The notes: generated from the sequence alone by a model not told the origin. 64,000 nt of DNA from Octopus vulgaris (GCA_951406725.2 OX597814.1:176018001-176082000), one strand, 5' to 3'; shown: positions 29,258 through 42,926, numbered from the stretch's first letter. Numbers and translations: made by a program.

Positions 29258-29305
29258 GTCTTACAGCTGTTTCCGGGATATTTTATATATCTCTTCATCA
29301 GAAAC
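29258..29305 (-). ncRNA. Solo minimal type I hammerhead ribozyme motif
   Basis: Minus strand: GUUU-CUGAUGA-A-GAGAUAU-auaaa-AUAUCCC-G-GAAA-CAGCUG-UA-AGAC. Intact core, stem II with one mismatch, palindromic stem III ACAGCUGU, GUA site. Lies in a ~210-bp insert between (AAT)n and (TA)n. Confidence 0.75.
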
Positions 29306-29402
29306 GGTGCGAGAAAATGTTTAAGTAATAACTATTGAAGAGAAGATATGAAATGCAGAGGGAAGTGAAGGAATGAAAGTTAGATTGAGATACATAAGGA
29401 TA

Positions 29403-29454
<52 letters not shown>

Positions 29455-32400
29455 GAGCAAAACGCCTCCCGTCCAATGGATGGTGCTGAGTTGTCAAACA
29501 TTTAAACCAAATTTTCTCAAAACAATTTGTCCGACCGTCCTATAGGACTCCCCTTTGAGAAACACTGATTTAACCTAAATTTGAGACACCTGCAAAAGAA
29601 GAAATAAAGATAGACTTTTTTCTATTCTAAGTAAAACGATTTTACAAATACACGTTTCCACGGATTTCTCGATCGCATTATCACCTGGAATCGATTTTTG
29701 TAATTTTTGCAAGATTTATACACGCCCAGATAGCGTTGGTATATACATATCAAATTTGAGCGTAATCGGATGGAGGATGCCCGAGATTCTAGGAGATACA
29801 CACAGACAGAACGGATTTTATATAATAGATATTCTAAATGACTCATCTACCAAACTTCACTTATAAGGCATTAGTCAACCCGAAGCTATGGTTAATGATG
29901 CTTGCCCAAAGTGCAGGTAGAATTGAACATGAAACCACGTGATTGATAAGCGAACTTCCTAACAATACGGCTATACCTATTTCTTTACAAACCACAAGGG
30001 GCTAAACACAGAGAGGACAAACAAGGATAGACAAACGGATTAAGTCGATTATATCGACCCCAGTGCGTAACTCGTACTTATTTAATCGACCCTGGAAGCA
30101 TGAAAGGCAAAGTCGAACTCGGTGGAATTTGAACTCAGAACGTAACGGCAGACGAAATACGGCTAGGCATTGCGCCCGGCGTGCTAACGTTTCTGCCAGC
30201 TCGGCTATACCGAAAAGCAGTGAGAAAGCATCAACTAATAATCTGAAGCGTCGTGAACCCAGTTCGTTTAATTTTACTTCTACCTCTCCAGCTCTTTGAA
30301 ATGCGGCATTGAACAACAAACTTGTGAACGCTCGGGAATTAAAGGGAATTTTCTAGGCAACTGATTCGATATGAATTCCCAGATGAAACAATTTCATTCC
30401 ACTCAGGCCACTAGCGCTTAATTGTCACAATCTCATGTTTACCCTCTCCAACTCCGCTGAAAATTTAGGATATTTCAGTCTATATAACAAAAGCTTATTT
30501 GCAGTTGTGATTGCTTTTAAAGCGAATAAACACACTAATAGCACTATAAAGAAACTAATAGTGTTATTATATTTAACTATGAAAGAATACTTGTTTTTTT
30601 CTTTTTCTATAAGCATATTACGAAATATCTGTACTCTACATTATTGCAGGTTTTTTTTTACTCCTTTTAATGGTGTTTTATGAGTAGGAATATGAAGCAA
30701 GAATTCCGATTGGAATTCTTTTCGGGTTTATTACCAATCAATTAAATCAACTATAAATACTTTGATAATTAACAAATAAAAATTGGTAAAAGCATTTTTA
30801 TCGACTTCAAAATAAATTATATAAACATGTTCAACAATATTGATTTCGTTCATACAAGAGAGTTTATATAAAATAAATAAGACAGAAAAATCCCTTATGC
30901 CCTAAAGAGCTTTAATAGGTAGGTGATTTAATATAACGTTTTTACTTGTTTTTGCTTGTTTGCTTGGTTTTCTTGCGTTAAGAAAACTGTGAGATACATT
31001 TTACTTGAGAGAGAACACCAAATTCTAGATCATCTGGTTGGCGCCTATTCTTCACAGTTAGACGAACCGATGCTCATAGAATGGTATAACATATTGCTTC
31101 AATACAGAACGGAACCCATTTAACAGGGAATTGCATAGAATGAGATAAGGCGAAAGTATGGTTTGTGGACGTATTGATATCCAGATATAGTACATTTTTC
31201 TTCATTTATCACCGATTTGTATATCACTGATCCGGATAACACGGTACGCTTAATTGTGAATCATGTTACGTTTATCACGAGTTGATCTGTAATAACATGG
31301 GTCGGTCAGCTATCGGTGGAAGTTTCTGCTTGGACCGCAAAAGCACGCCCAAGGAAACATCTACAAAGCTCAGTACTCAGGGTTACGAAACCTATTTTTC
31401 AATGTTTTATTATTCATTTATCACAAATTCAATTAACACGGTGAGTTTTAGAACCAACTGCCTGTGATAAACAGTGACAATTGTACTTAATAGTGTGCTG
31501 CTCTGATGCAGTTTGCATGAGTAATCGGTTCTTAGGCTGAAATAAATATAGTATCATTCATAACCCTACTCTACTAATATAGATTTCATACTGGCAATAT
31601 GCAAATTTACAACGATACAAAATAAAAGAAAAGTCGTGTGAGTTTGGTGACTTTTATCTAAGGTATTAGTAGCACTAAAAGAAAGTGTTGCTTTCAGTTG
31701 GGAATTCAAACCAGTACATGTAAATTAGTTCCGTGTGAAGTACCTACGTTTTATATTGATTTGATTCGAGATCAATATTTTATGGATAAGGAAGAGATAG
31801 AAACTAGTCGTTTATTCCAGTTCAACATCAATTTTTGTTATTTAGTACGAGATTAAAGTTGGTCGTTACGAGATTTGAACCCAGATAGGTTGATCTAAAT
31901 ATCGTTTTCTTTTAAATTAAATAAAAAATGCAGGTCCAATATTTTAATTAAAATAAGAAGGAAACACTGTAACATTCATGCCCTTCTCGAAGGAATTAGC
32001 GACATGCCCCTAGGTTACATTTTGTTCTATGGGCCTATCCACTCTGAACCATCTCATTATAAACTATTATAGTTAATAAATGTATCACAGCGAGTTTCAA
32101 TCATATTCGCCGAGCAGGAAACTGGCAGAGTCGCTAGAGTGTTTAACAGAATACTTTACGCTGCTTGTTCTAAAGATTTGCACTCTCTATTCTATTCCTA
32201 CCGAAGTCTTTTGTTTTCATCCTTTCGCAGTAGATAATAATATATCACTTAGCGGATCTTCAAGCATGTACGCCAGATACCATGCAGTATTTTTGTACTG
32301 ACTTCAAATCATGCCATCGTCCATTTGAGTGGTAGACTTAATCCGTCAATCAGTTTATCAGAAGCACCTGCCAGTTTTAGGAAAACCAGAAGTATGCGAA

Positions 32401-33424
32401 CTAGTTCACTTCCAGCCATTGACGTCAACATGAAATCGGGACCGTATGAAGAAAATAAAATGGAATGGCTCAACTGGAAATACAAAATATTTAAATCTTA
32501 TAATATGGAAATATCACTTCAGCTTTCGTTTCTTCACCGTTGTGTGATATTTATGAAAGAGGCGAGCAACGTGATGTTGGATGGTTTCTGGAATTCACTC
32601 ATTCGTGGTGGAGTCCAAGTACAAAATACTTATGATGTTGCAGTAGTATCTCGTTTCTAATAACAACTTCATGTGAAGCTTTGTCGTGAGTGTCCATACC
32701 TCGCATGCGTGTAAAAAGACGGGATGACCATGAAAGAATCTAATTTCGATGTGTGTTTCTATTAATTATTATCAGTTATCGTTCACACACATTTTCTACT
32801 TGACATATTACACATCTTTGGTTTCCATTTCTTGTTTATGGTTGAACAGTAACTCCGGAAAATGGTGAAAATTTAATTCCGTCCGAGCATCTTATCTTTA
32901 GCTGAATCTGAACGACTTTCCACAGTGATTCTCTTCTCCTTAATTCTTTTAGAATTTGAAGTATTTTCCTTAAGTTATTACAAATTCCTATATTATTTTT
33001 CTGTATTTAAGATCTTTTCAGAATCAATTTAATCATTCATTTATGTCTTTTTATAAAAGAAAATTGCATCTCATTCTTTGTTGGATTCTGTTTCATGCAA
33101 GTCAACAAAGTATCTTCTAGATGATGGCTGAAAGTACTGGAAATAACAGCAAAATCTTACTCACATTCTATTGTAAAAATAATGATTTTAAATCTCAGCA
33201 CGAGGCCAGCAATTTTCATGGGCTGGGATAAGTTGGTTACACCGACCCTCCTACTCAACTGGTGCGTAATTTATCAATTCCGAAAGGATAAAAGCTAAAA
33301 TCATATCAGTAGGATTTGAGCTCAGCACATACAGAATCGGACGAAATGCCACTAAGCACTTTGTCCGACTCTCTAACTACTCTGCCAGCTCGCTGACTTA
33401 TCCTACTGTAAAATAATGATGATG

Positions 33425-33512
<88 letters not shown>

Positions 33513-33899
33513 GGAAACTACCCATTATATACACGTTACCTTAGCATAAAGACATTGTAACAGCTTGAATGCTTTTCATCTTAATCTCCGTTGAAGGTGT
33601 TTGTACACTGCTTTTCAATTACAATAGTTACAAAGGAATACGTTTTAAAAAAGAAAAAAACAATCATTCAGAAATATGTGTTTGCATCTATAAATCTAAA
33701 TCCATACCTACATCTATATCTGTATATATCTATCTCTCTCTTTCTACACACACACACACACATAGATATATATATATACATACACATATATAATGTGGGT
33801 GGGATTAATGATACAAACACGACATACCCATACACAGACATTTATCTATATTCATGTATGTGCGTAGGTATAATTCTGTGTGTGTGTATATATATATAT

Positions 33900-33951
<52 letters not shown>

Positions 33952-34034
33952 TTATATATATATGTATATATATATATATGTATATATATGTATATATATA
34001 TATATATGTATATATATGTATATATATGTATATA

Positions 34035-34083
<49 letters not shown>

Positions 34084-34402
34084 CGCAAACACATACAAAC
34101 ACACACATACACACATGCACATACAGCAGGGCGTAGTGACTTACGCATTATATGTTTGCTATAGCGATACAAGAAACATATTTACTAAATGACGCAATAC
34201 GTAAAACAAATGTAAGAAAAAATCGTTTAAAATTGTATGGTAGACGATATGAGATTTGTTGCTGGTTTAAGTATTAATAATGTTTAACCTGACTGCCCCG
34301 GATGCGGTAACAGAGATAGATAAACTTTACAATCTCTTTGATTCGAACCATTCAGGTTTTACGGTGATATGAGCGAGTAAATGGATGAGAATTTATTGAT
34401 TA

Positions 34403-34792
34403 CTAGCAGTATCGCCCGGCGTTGCTCGGGTTTGTTTCGATCTTTTAGAATTGGAATTTTTGAAAAGTAAAATTTTTGCATTATGTAGCTTGTTATTCTC
34501 TTTAAGTGAACATTTTTCTGATTGAAATACACCGAAAAATGGCAATACAGCAGTCAAAAAATCGTGAAAAATAGGGATTTTCATAGAAAAAAAGCACCTT
34601 TTTGATGTAAATAATTTTTGGTGTTAACATGGTCCGATTTGAATTTTAACTTCTAAGGAATGAAGAGAAAGCCTTCTTCTATCATACTTGCAATTTTGGT
34701 TCACTTGCGCCGCAGGGTCTCGGGGGAGATAGTGTTAGTTGAAGGCTACCAAACCTGCCATACACAGACAACTTCAGCTTTATATATAGAGA
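34403..34792 (-). mobile_element. Non-autonomous Helitron-like element
   Basis: 5'-TCTCTATATATAAAGCTGAAG...CCCGAGCAACGCCGGGCGATACTGCTAG-3', inserted between A and T. Confidence 0.8.
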
Positions 34793-36068
34793 TATATATC
34801 TTGTATCGTTTACTTGTTTCACGCATTGGATAACGGCCATGCTGAAGCACCGCCTGTGTGGGTTTTAGTCTAACAAATCGACCTCAGTATTTCCTTTTTA
34901 AGGTTGATATTTTTGCTATTGATATCGTTTTTCGACCCGTTTAGTTACTGGGACGTCAAAAAACCAACACCAGTTACCAAGCAGTGGGGGTAGGGCGGAC
35001 GACACACCGTTAAGACATGCATACTTATGCCACAGGCTTTCGCACACTTTTTGTCTATCAAATTTACTCGCAAGACATTGGTCTCCAAGGGGCTATAATG
35101 GAAGACATGCAAAATGCTGTGTACTGAGATTGAACCAGAATCCACACGGTTGCAGAAGCGAAATTCTTAACTACACAGCCATGTCTGCACCGACATGCAT
35201 TTATGTATTTTATTAGAAAATATTGATACGTCTTTCTCTATTCTTAACCCTTCTTTTATTTGTTTCTTTGCATTTATTAATTATTAATTCGTCTTTCATT
35301 TCTTCTTTTGATCTCATTAACTGCTAATTTTCTCTGGTGCCACATGTCGATTATTTATTTTTGCCCTTTGCACGCTCTCTGTGTGTAGTATTCTGCTTAT
35401 TTGACCTTTATGAATATTCAAGTGTTATGGGTATTTAACTATTACAGATGCGTCGATTATGACATCAATAGGAAATTACAAAACATTTTTTTTCTATAAT
35501 TCATATGAACTAGCTGAACTCTGCTGCATTATCTTGTTTATTCATATCTGGTGAAATCCTGCATGTTTCTTATAAATAGCCACAAATTATTTCAGAGAAT
35601 TTCGTTAACACCTTACTGTAATTTCTGATAAATTTAATTATGAAAATAGATATATGACCTAATCCGAAATAGATATAAATCGATCAGGTAAAATTGCATT
35701 GACTGTTTTCTGTTTGCATCCAAGTGATTTCAGGCTCAGTCCCACTGCGCAGCACCTCAGGCAATGATCTTTTATAGACCCTGGTCAGCAATGAGTGAAT
35801 TTGGTTGACGTAAACTGTCAAACCCGCCGTATATGTGTGTGTGCGCACGCGCTTGTTTAGTGTTCCGTGATGGTAAGATCAACAAAAATTGCTCCCTGCG
35901 GTGAAATATAAATGTTGTTTAATAAACGTCAATATGTTTTTATGTGCTGCTATTAGTTTCATGCGATGAAAGCTTGTCAGACTGTATTTTCACATCTCGT
36001 GCCTTAGCGCAATCCTCGGGCACTCTTCAATTATATGCGTATGAAATATGCATATTAATATGTATACA

Positions 36069-36121
<53 letters not shown>

Positions 36122-38091
36122 TGTAAATTAAATAACAGACTAATCTTCAGAACGGTTTCATGGTTGTTTGAAACATCAACTCTACTACAGATCTTTGGCT
36201 TCCATTTCTGGTTCCATTTAGCTTCCATTTCAAGCATTTCAATATATTTCATTTCAATATATATCGCAGATGGTGGATGTAATCGACAGGGCACCATATA
36301 TGGTTTGCTTCAAGGAAGCAATGACCTTAGATCAATACAAATTCAGAGAAAGAATCGGTAGCTAAATGCAATAAATTCAGAAGAATCAAAGAATTCCAAA
36401 GGAAACAAAATAAAGTAAAAAAATGTCAAAGAAAATAGGTTCATCAAGAAATGCCTTCTAAACAAAAGATATGCTTACTAAAGTAGATCTATTTCCTTAA
36501 GAAAAATAGGTTCGCCATTCCATAGTATTTAAATGGATAAAGCAGATGTTAGAAAAATAAAAGTAGATAAATTTAAAAAATTGAATGGAAAGCATGGAGA
36601 GAAAAGAAAAGAAGTAAACGATTAGGTTTAGAAATCAAAAAGTTAGGTTTACGTTGTTGGAATTTCACGCATTGTTGATTTCAGAGGATAGAAGCGGTAT
36701 TTCAAGATCATTGACACCATACCAATATACACACATATACGCATTGCACGATTATTCACCAGCACATTTAAAACATAGCGTCGCCCTTTTCAAGCCTAGC
36801 CAGACTCATGGACCCGGTTTCCCGTTTCTGTGGCGTATGTGTCCCCCCCCCCCAGCTGGACGGGACGCCAGTCCATCGCAGCGATACTCAAGAAACAGGA
36901 AGAGAGAGTGAGGGTGTGGCGAAAGAGTACAACAGGGGTCGCTACCACCCCCTGCCGGAGCCTTGTGGAGCTTTTAGGTGCTTTCGCTCAATGAACACAC
37001 ACAACGCCCGGTCTGGGAATCGAAACCGCGAGTCCGCTGCCCTAACTACTGGGCCATTGCACCTCCGTCATTTAAAACATACATACATTCATGTATGAAT
37101 CTCGATCAGCACATTCATACACATTCATACACAAACGCTCCTGCACACAAGCACATACACACACACACACACACACTCACACACACATACACTCACACAC
37201 ACACACTCACACACACACACTCACACACACACTCACACACACACACACACACATCAGTTCTAGCATAAACTCTAATGTCGAAGACAAATTATAGTATCGA
37301 TTGCGCGTGTCGATACATATTCGTGCGAACATATATTATAGACGATAGAAGGCGGCGAGCTGGCAGAAACGTTAGCACGCTGGGCAAAATGCTTAGCAGT
37401 ATTTCGTCTGCCGTTACGTTCTGAGTTCAAATTCCGCCGAGGTCGACTTTGCCTTTCATCCTTTCGGGGTTGATTAAATAGGTACTAGTTACGCACTGGG
37501 GTCGATATAATCGACTTAATCCGTTTGTCTGTCCTTGTTTGTCCTCTCTGTGTTTAGCCCCTTGTGGGTAGTAAAGAAATAGGTATTTCCTCTGCCGTTA
37601 CGTTCTGAGTTCAAATTCCGCCGAGGTCGACTTTGCCTTTTATCCTTTCGGGTTCGATAAATAAAGTACCAGTTACGCACTGGGGTCAATGTAATCGACT
37701 TAATCTCTTTGCCTGTCTGTGTTTGTCCCCTCTATCTTTAGCCCATTGTGGGCAATAAAGGAATATATATTATAGACGATATTCATGCAAATACTTTCAT
37801 CTAAAAATTCGAACGTTATCAAGCTGTCGCGCTAACAGTTAAAGGAGTTAAGTCACTTTTATTATTTTTTTTGTCTTTTAATCTTTTAGTTGTTTCAGTT
37901 ATTAGACTGCGTCCATGCTGGGGCACCGCCTTGAAGAATTTCCTGTCGAATGAATCGACCCCATTACTTTTTTTTTATAGAAAAAAGATTGAGTCTTATT
38001 CTATCGACTTCGTTTGCCGAACTGATAAGTTAAGGCGGCGTAAACACACCAACGCAAGTTGTCAAGCGGTGGTGGGCGACAAACACATACG

Positions 38092-38137
<46 letters not shown>

Positions 38138-38887
38138 ATAACAACCTGCCAACTATTATACCAGATTGAAGGCAATTACTGTAACAGTACTTTGGAGACT
38201 CTTAACACTGCTTGTCACAGCTGACTTGTTTGTAAAATGCAGTCAGGACGTGAAGATAATTTGGAACCTTGTAATATATATATATATATATATATATATA
38301 TGGTTCCGGATTCAGTCCCACTGCATGGCACCTTCGGCAGGTGTCTTCTACTATATATGTATCGCTTGATAACCGATGTTGATGTGTTTACGACTCCGTA
38401 ACCTAGCGGTTCGGCAAGAGATACCGATAGAATAGGTACTAGGCTTACAAAAAATAAGTCCTGGAATCGATTTGTTCGACTAAAGGTGGTGCTCCAGCAT
38501 CACTGCAGTTAAATGACTGAAACAAATAAAAGAATAAAAGAATATATATATATATATATACACGACAGTTTTCTTTCAGTTTCCGTCTACCAAATCCACT
38601 CATAAGACTTTAGTCGGCCCATGTCTATAGTAGAAGACACTTGCCCCGAGTGCCATGCTTACCAATCCAAAACCATGTGGTTGGTAAGCGAGCTACTTAC
38701 CACACAGCCACTCCTATAAATATATATATATATATATATATAATAAATATAAGAGAGTGGTCACTATATGGCTCACTCTAGCACCAGTTAATCCAAAAGG
38801 TTTCAACCACAAAAAATACATGCTTCCCATGAAAGTCAGTACGATTGTTAGCTCACACGGACAGGGCAAATAAAAAATAACAAAATA

Positions 38888-38983
38888 CAGATTATTTTGG
38901 GACAATTGTTTCGCTATTAATGAATTAAATGTAATTTTACTTACAATAAAATCCACTTGTAGCTCTTCGGCCAAAACTATCTG
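38888..38983 (-). ncRNA. Type I hammerhead motif, CCGAAGA (U4C) core variant
   Basis: Same stems as the canonical copies; core reads CCGAAGA. Confidence 0.78.
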
Positions 38984-39422
38984 GATGAAATCCACTCAAC
39001 CACACGCCAGATTTTACCATAACGATAAATACGCGTGTGGTTCAATTGATTACATCCGACGTTATAATTCAAATGCCCCAACTAACAGCGCGCCAAACTT
39101 TCACGGAAAACAAATACAGCATTTAGAAATAAATGCAGCATAATTATAATTAATTAATAAGGGTGAGAGAATTAGATACTAATTTAATAGTATATCTATT
39201 CTACACCAAGTGGCCTAGTGCTCCGAGAAACCTGGATTATTATAATATTTTATAATATATTATAATATTTTTACAAAATAAATATAAGAGAGTGGTCACT
39301 ATATGGCTCACTCTAGCACCAGTTAATCCAAAAGGTTTCAACCACAAAAAATACATGCTTCCCATGAAAGTCAGTACGATTGTTAGCTCACACGGACAGG
39401 GCAAATAAAAAATAACAAAATA

Positions 39423-39518
39423 CAGATTATTTTGGGACAATTGTTTCGCTATTAATGAATTAAATGTAATTTTACTTACAATAAAATCCACTTGTAGCTC
39501 TTCGGCCAAAACTATCTG
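39423..39518 (-). ncRNA. Type I hammerhead motif, CCGAAGA (U4C) core variant
   Basis: Same stems; core CCGAAGA. Confidence 0.78.
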
Positions 39519-39955
39519 GATGAAATCCACTCAATCACACGCCAGATTTTACCATAACGATAAATACGCGTGTGGTTCAATTGATTACATCCGACGTTAT
39601 AATTCAAATGCCCCAACTAACAGCGCGCCAAACTTTCGGGAAAACAAATACAGCATTTAGAAATAAATGCAGCATAATTATAATTAATTAATAAGGGTGA
39701 GAGAATTAGATACTAATTTAATAGTATATCTATTCTACACCAAGTGGCCTAGTGCTCCGAGAAACCTGGATTATTATAATATTTTATAATATATTATAAT
39801 ATTTTTACAAAATAAATATAAGAGAGTGGTCACTATATGGCTCACTCTAGCACCAGTTAATCCAAAAGGTTTCAACCACAAAAATACATGCTTCCCATGA
39901 AAGTCAGTACGATTGTTAGCTCACACGGACAGGGCAAATAAAAAATAACAAAATA

Positions 39956-40051
39956 CAGATTATTTTGGGACAATTGTTTCGCTATTAATGAATTAAATGT
40001 AATTTTACTTACAATAAAATCCACTTGTAGCTCTTCAGCCAAAACTATCTG
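39956..40051 (-). ncRNA. Type I hammerhead ribozyme, canonical CUGAAGA core
   Basis: Plus strand reads GCTCTTCAGCCAAAA, i.e. UUUUGG-CUGAAGA-GC on minus; rest matches the 42296 copy. Confidence 0.86.
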
Positions 40052-40489
40052 GATGAAATCCACTCAATCACACGCCAGATTTTACCATAACGATAAATAC
40101 GCGTGTGGTTCAATTGATTACATCCGACGTTATAATTCAAATGCCCCAACTAACAGCGCGCCAAACTTTCACGGAAAACAAATACAGCATTTAGAAATAA
40201 ATGCAGCATAATTATAATTAATTAATAAGGGTGAGAGAATTAGATACTAATTTAATAGTATATCTATTCTACACCAAGTGGCCTAGTGCTCCGAGAAACC
40301 TGGATTATTATAATATTTTATAATATATTATAATATTTTTACAAAATAAATATAAGAGAGTGGTCACTATATGGCTCACTCTAGCACCAGTTAATCCAAA
40401 AGGTTTCAACCACAAAAATACATGCTTCCCATGAAAGTCAGTACGATTGTTAGCTCACACGGACAGGGCAAATAAAAAATAACAAAATA

Positions 40490-40585
40490 CAGATTATTTT
40501 GGGACAATTGTTTCGCTATTAATGAATTAAATGTAATTTTACTTACAATAAAATCCACTTGTAGCTCTTCAGCCAAAACTATCTG
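40490..40585 (-). ncRNA. Type I hammerhead ribozyme, canonical CUGAAGA core
   Basis: Plus strand GTAGCTCTTCAGCCAAAAC at 40561; same stems as the 42296 copy. Confidence 0.86.
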
Positions 40586-41023
40586 GATGAAATCCACTCA
40601 ATCACACGCCAGATTTTACCATAACGATAAATACGCGTGTGGTTCAATTGATTACATCCGACGTTATAATTCAAATGCCCCAACTAACAGCGCGCCAAAC
40701 TTTCACGGAAAACAAATACAGCATTTAGAAATAAATGCAGCATAATTATAATTAATTAATAAGGGTGAGAGAATTAGATACTAATTTAATAGTATATCTA
40801 TTCTACACCAAGTGGCCTAGTGCTCCGAGAAACCTGGATTATTATAATATTTTATAATATATTATAATATTTTTACAAAATAAATATAAGAGAGTGGTCA
40901 CTATATGGCTCACTCTAGCACCAGTTAATCCAAAAGGTTTCAACCACAAAAATACATGCTTCCCATGAAAGTCAGTACGATTGTTAGCTCACACGGACAG
41001 GGCAAATAAAAAATAACAAAATA

Positions 41024-41119
41024 CAGATTATTTTGGGACAATTGTTTCGCTATTAATGAATTAAATGTAATTTTACTTACAATAAAATCCACTTGTAGCT
41101 CTTCGGCCAAAACTATCTG
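41024..41119 (-). ncRNA. Type I hammerhead motif, CCGAAGA (U4C) core variant
   Basis: Same stems; core CCGAAGA; innermost left-arm copy. Confidence 0.78.
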
Positions 41120-41227
41120 GATGAAATCCACTCAATCACACGCCAGATTTTACCATAACGATAAATACGCGTGTGGTTCAATTGATTACATCCGACGTTA
41201 TAATTCAAATGCCCCAACTAACTCATC

Positions 41228-41323
41228 CAGATAGTTTTGGCCGAAGAGCTACAAGTGGATTTTATTGTAAGTAAAATTACATTTAATTCATTAATAGCGA
41301 AACAATTGTCCCAAAATAATCTG
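41228..41323 (+). ncRNA. Type I hammerhead motif, CCGAAGA (U4C) core variant
   Basis: Core at 41241; GUC ends at 41310; starts 5 nt after the inversion junction. Confidence 0.78.
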
Positions 41324-41761
41324 TATTTTGTTATTTTTATTTGCCCTGTCCGTGTGAGCTAACAATCGTACTGACTTTCATGGGAAGCATGTATTTTTTG
41401 TGGTTGAAACCTTTTGGATTAACTGGTGCTAGAGTGAGCCATATAGTGACCACTCTCTTATATTTATTTTGTAAAAATATTATAATATATTATAAAATAT
41501 TATAATAATCCAGGTTTCTCGGAGCACTAGGCCACTTGGTGTAGAATAGATATACTATTAAATTAGTATCTAATTCTCTCACCCTTATTAATTAATTATA
41601 ATTATGCTGCATTTATTTCTAAATGCTGTATTTGTTTTCCGTGAAAGTTTGGCGCGCTGTTAGTTGGGGCATTTGAATTATAACGTCGGATGTAATCAAT
41701 TGAACCACACGCGTATTTATCGTTATGGTAAAATCTGGCGTGTGATTGAGTGGATTTCATC

Positions 41762-41857
41762 CAGATAGTTTTGGCCGAAGAGCTACAAGTGGATTTTATT
41801 GTAAGTAAAATTACATTTAATTCATTAATAGCGAAACAATTGTCCCAAAATAATCTG
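41762..41857 (+). ncRNA. Type I hammerhead motif, CCGAAGA (U4C) core variant
   Basis: Core at 41775; GUC ends at 41844. Confidence 0.78.
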
Positions 41858-42295
41858 TATTTTGTTATTTTTTATTTGCCCTGTCCGTGTGAGCTAACAA
41901 TCGTACTGACTTTCATGGGAAACATGTATTTTTGTGGTTGAAACCTTTTGGATTAACTGGTGCTAGAGTGAGCCATATAGTGACCACTCTCTTATATTTA
42001 TTTTGTAAAAATATTATAATATATTATAAAATATTATAATAATCCAGGTTTCTCGGAGCACTAGGCCACTTGGTGTAGAATAGATATACTATTAAATTAG
42101 TATCTAATTCTCTCACCCTTATTAATTAATTATAATTATGCTGCATTTATTTCTAAATGCTGTATTTGTTTTCCGTGAAAGTTTGGCGCGCTGTTAGTTG
42201 GGGCATTTGAATTATAACGTCGGATGTAATCAATTGAACCACACGCGTATTTATCGTTATGGTAAAATCTGGCGTGTGATTGAGTGGATTTCATC

Positions 42296-42391
42296 CAGAT
42301 AGTTTTGGCTGAAGAGCTACAAGTGGATTTTATTGTAAGTAAAATTACATTTAATTCATTAATAGCGAAACAATTGTCCCAAAATAATCTG
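42296..42391 (+). ncRNA. Type I hammerhead ribozyme with canonical CUGAAGA core; predicted cleavage after C42378 (GUC)
   Basis: Stem I CAGAU-a-GUUUUGG (42296-42308) pairs with CCAAAAU-a-AUCUG (42379-42391); CUGAAGA 42309-42315; stem II GCUA 42316-19 / UAGC 42363-66; GAAA 42367-70; stem III A-C-aauu-G-U; C42378. Confidence 0.88.
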
Positions 42392-42830
42392 TATTTTGTT
42401 ATTTTTTATTTGCCCTGTCCGTGTGAGCTAACAATCGTACTGACTTTCATGGGAAGCATGTATTTTTTGTGGTTGAAACCTTTTGGATTAACTGGTGCTA
42501 GAGTGAGCCATATAGTGACCACTCTCTTATATTTATTTTGTAAAAATATTATAATATATTATAAAATATTATAATAATCCAGGTTTCTCGGAGCACTAGG
42601 CCACTTGGTGTAGAATAGATATACTATTAAATTAGTATCTAATTCTCTCACCCTTATTAATTAATTATAATTATGCTGCATTTATTTCTAAATGCTGTAT
42701 TTGTTTTCCGTGAAAGTTTGGCGCGCTGTTAGTTGGGGCATTTGAATTATAACGTCGGATGTAATCAATTGAACCACACGCGTATTTATCGTTATGGTAA
42801 AATCTGGCGTGTGATTGAGTGGATTTCATC

Positions 42831-42926
42831 CAGATAGTTTTGGCCGAAGAGCTACAAGTGGATTTTATTGTAAGTAAAATTACATTTAATTCATTAATAG
42901 CGAAACAATTGTCCCAAAATAATCTG
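42831..42926 (+). ncRNA. Type I hammerhead motif, CCGAAGA (U4C) core variant
   Basis: Core at 42844; GUC ends at 42913. Confidence 0.78.

Larger units (their letters stand above)
38742..41222 (-). repeat. Left arm: about 4.6 tandem copies of the 534-bp unit, ribozyme sense on the minus strand
   Basis: Unit marker AATAAATATAAGAGAGTGGTCACTATATGG recurs about every 534 bp from 38742; the arm ends at ...GCCCCAACTAAC (41222). Confidence 0.95.

Noticed and set aside
36121-36640. Possible Penelope ORF N-terminal remnant (K/R-rich) next to (TA)n
   Set aside because: Many stops and no diagnostic RT or GIY-YIG motif visible; needs tBLASTn.
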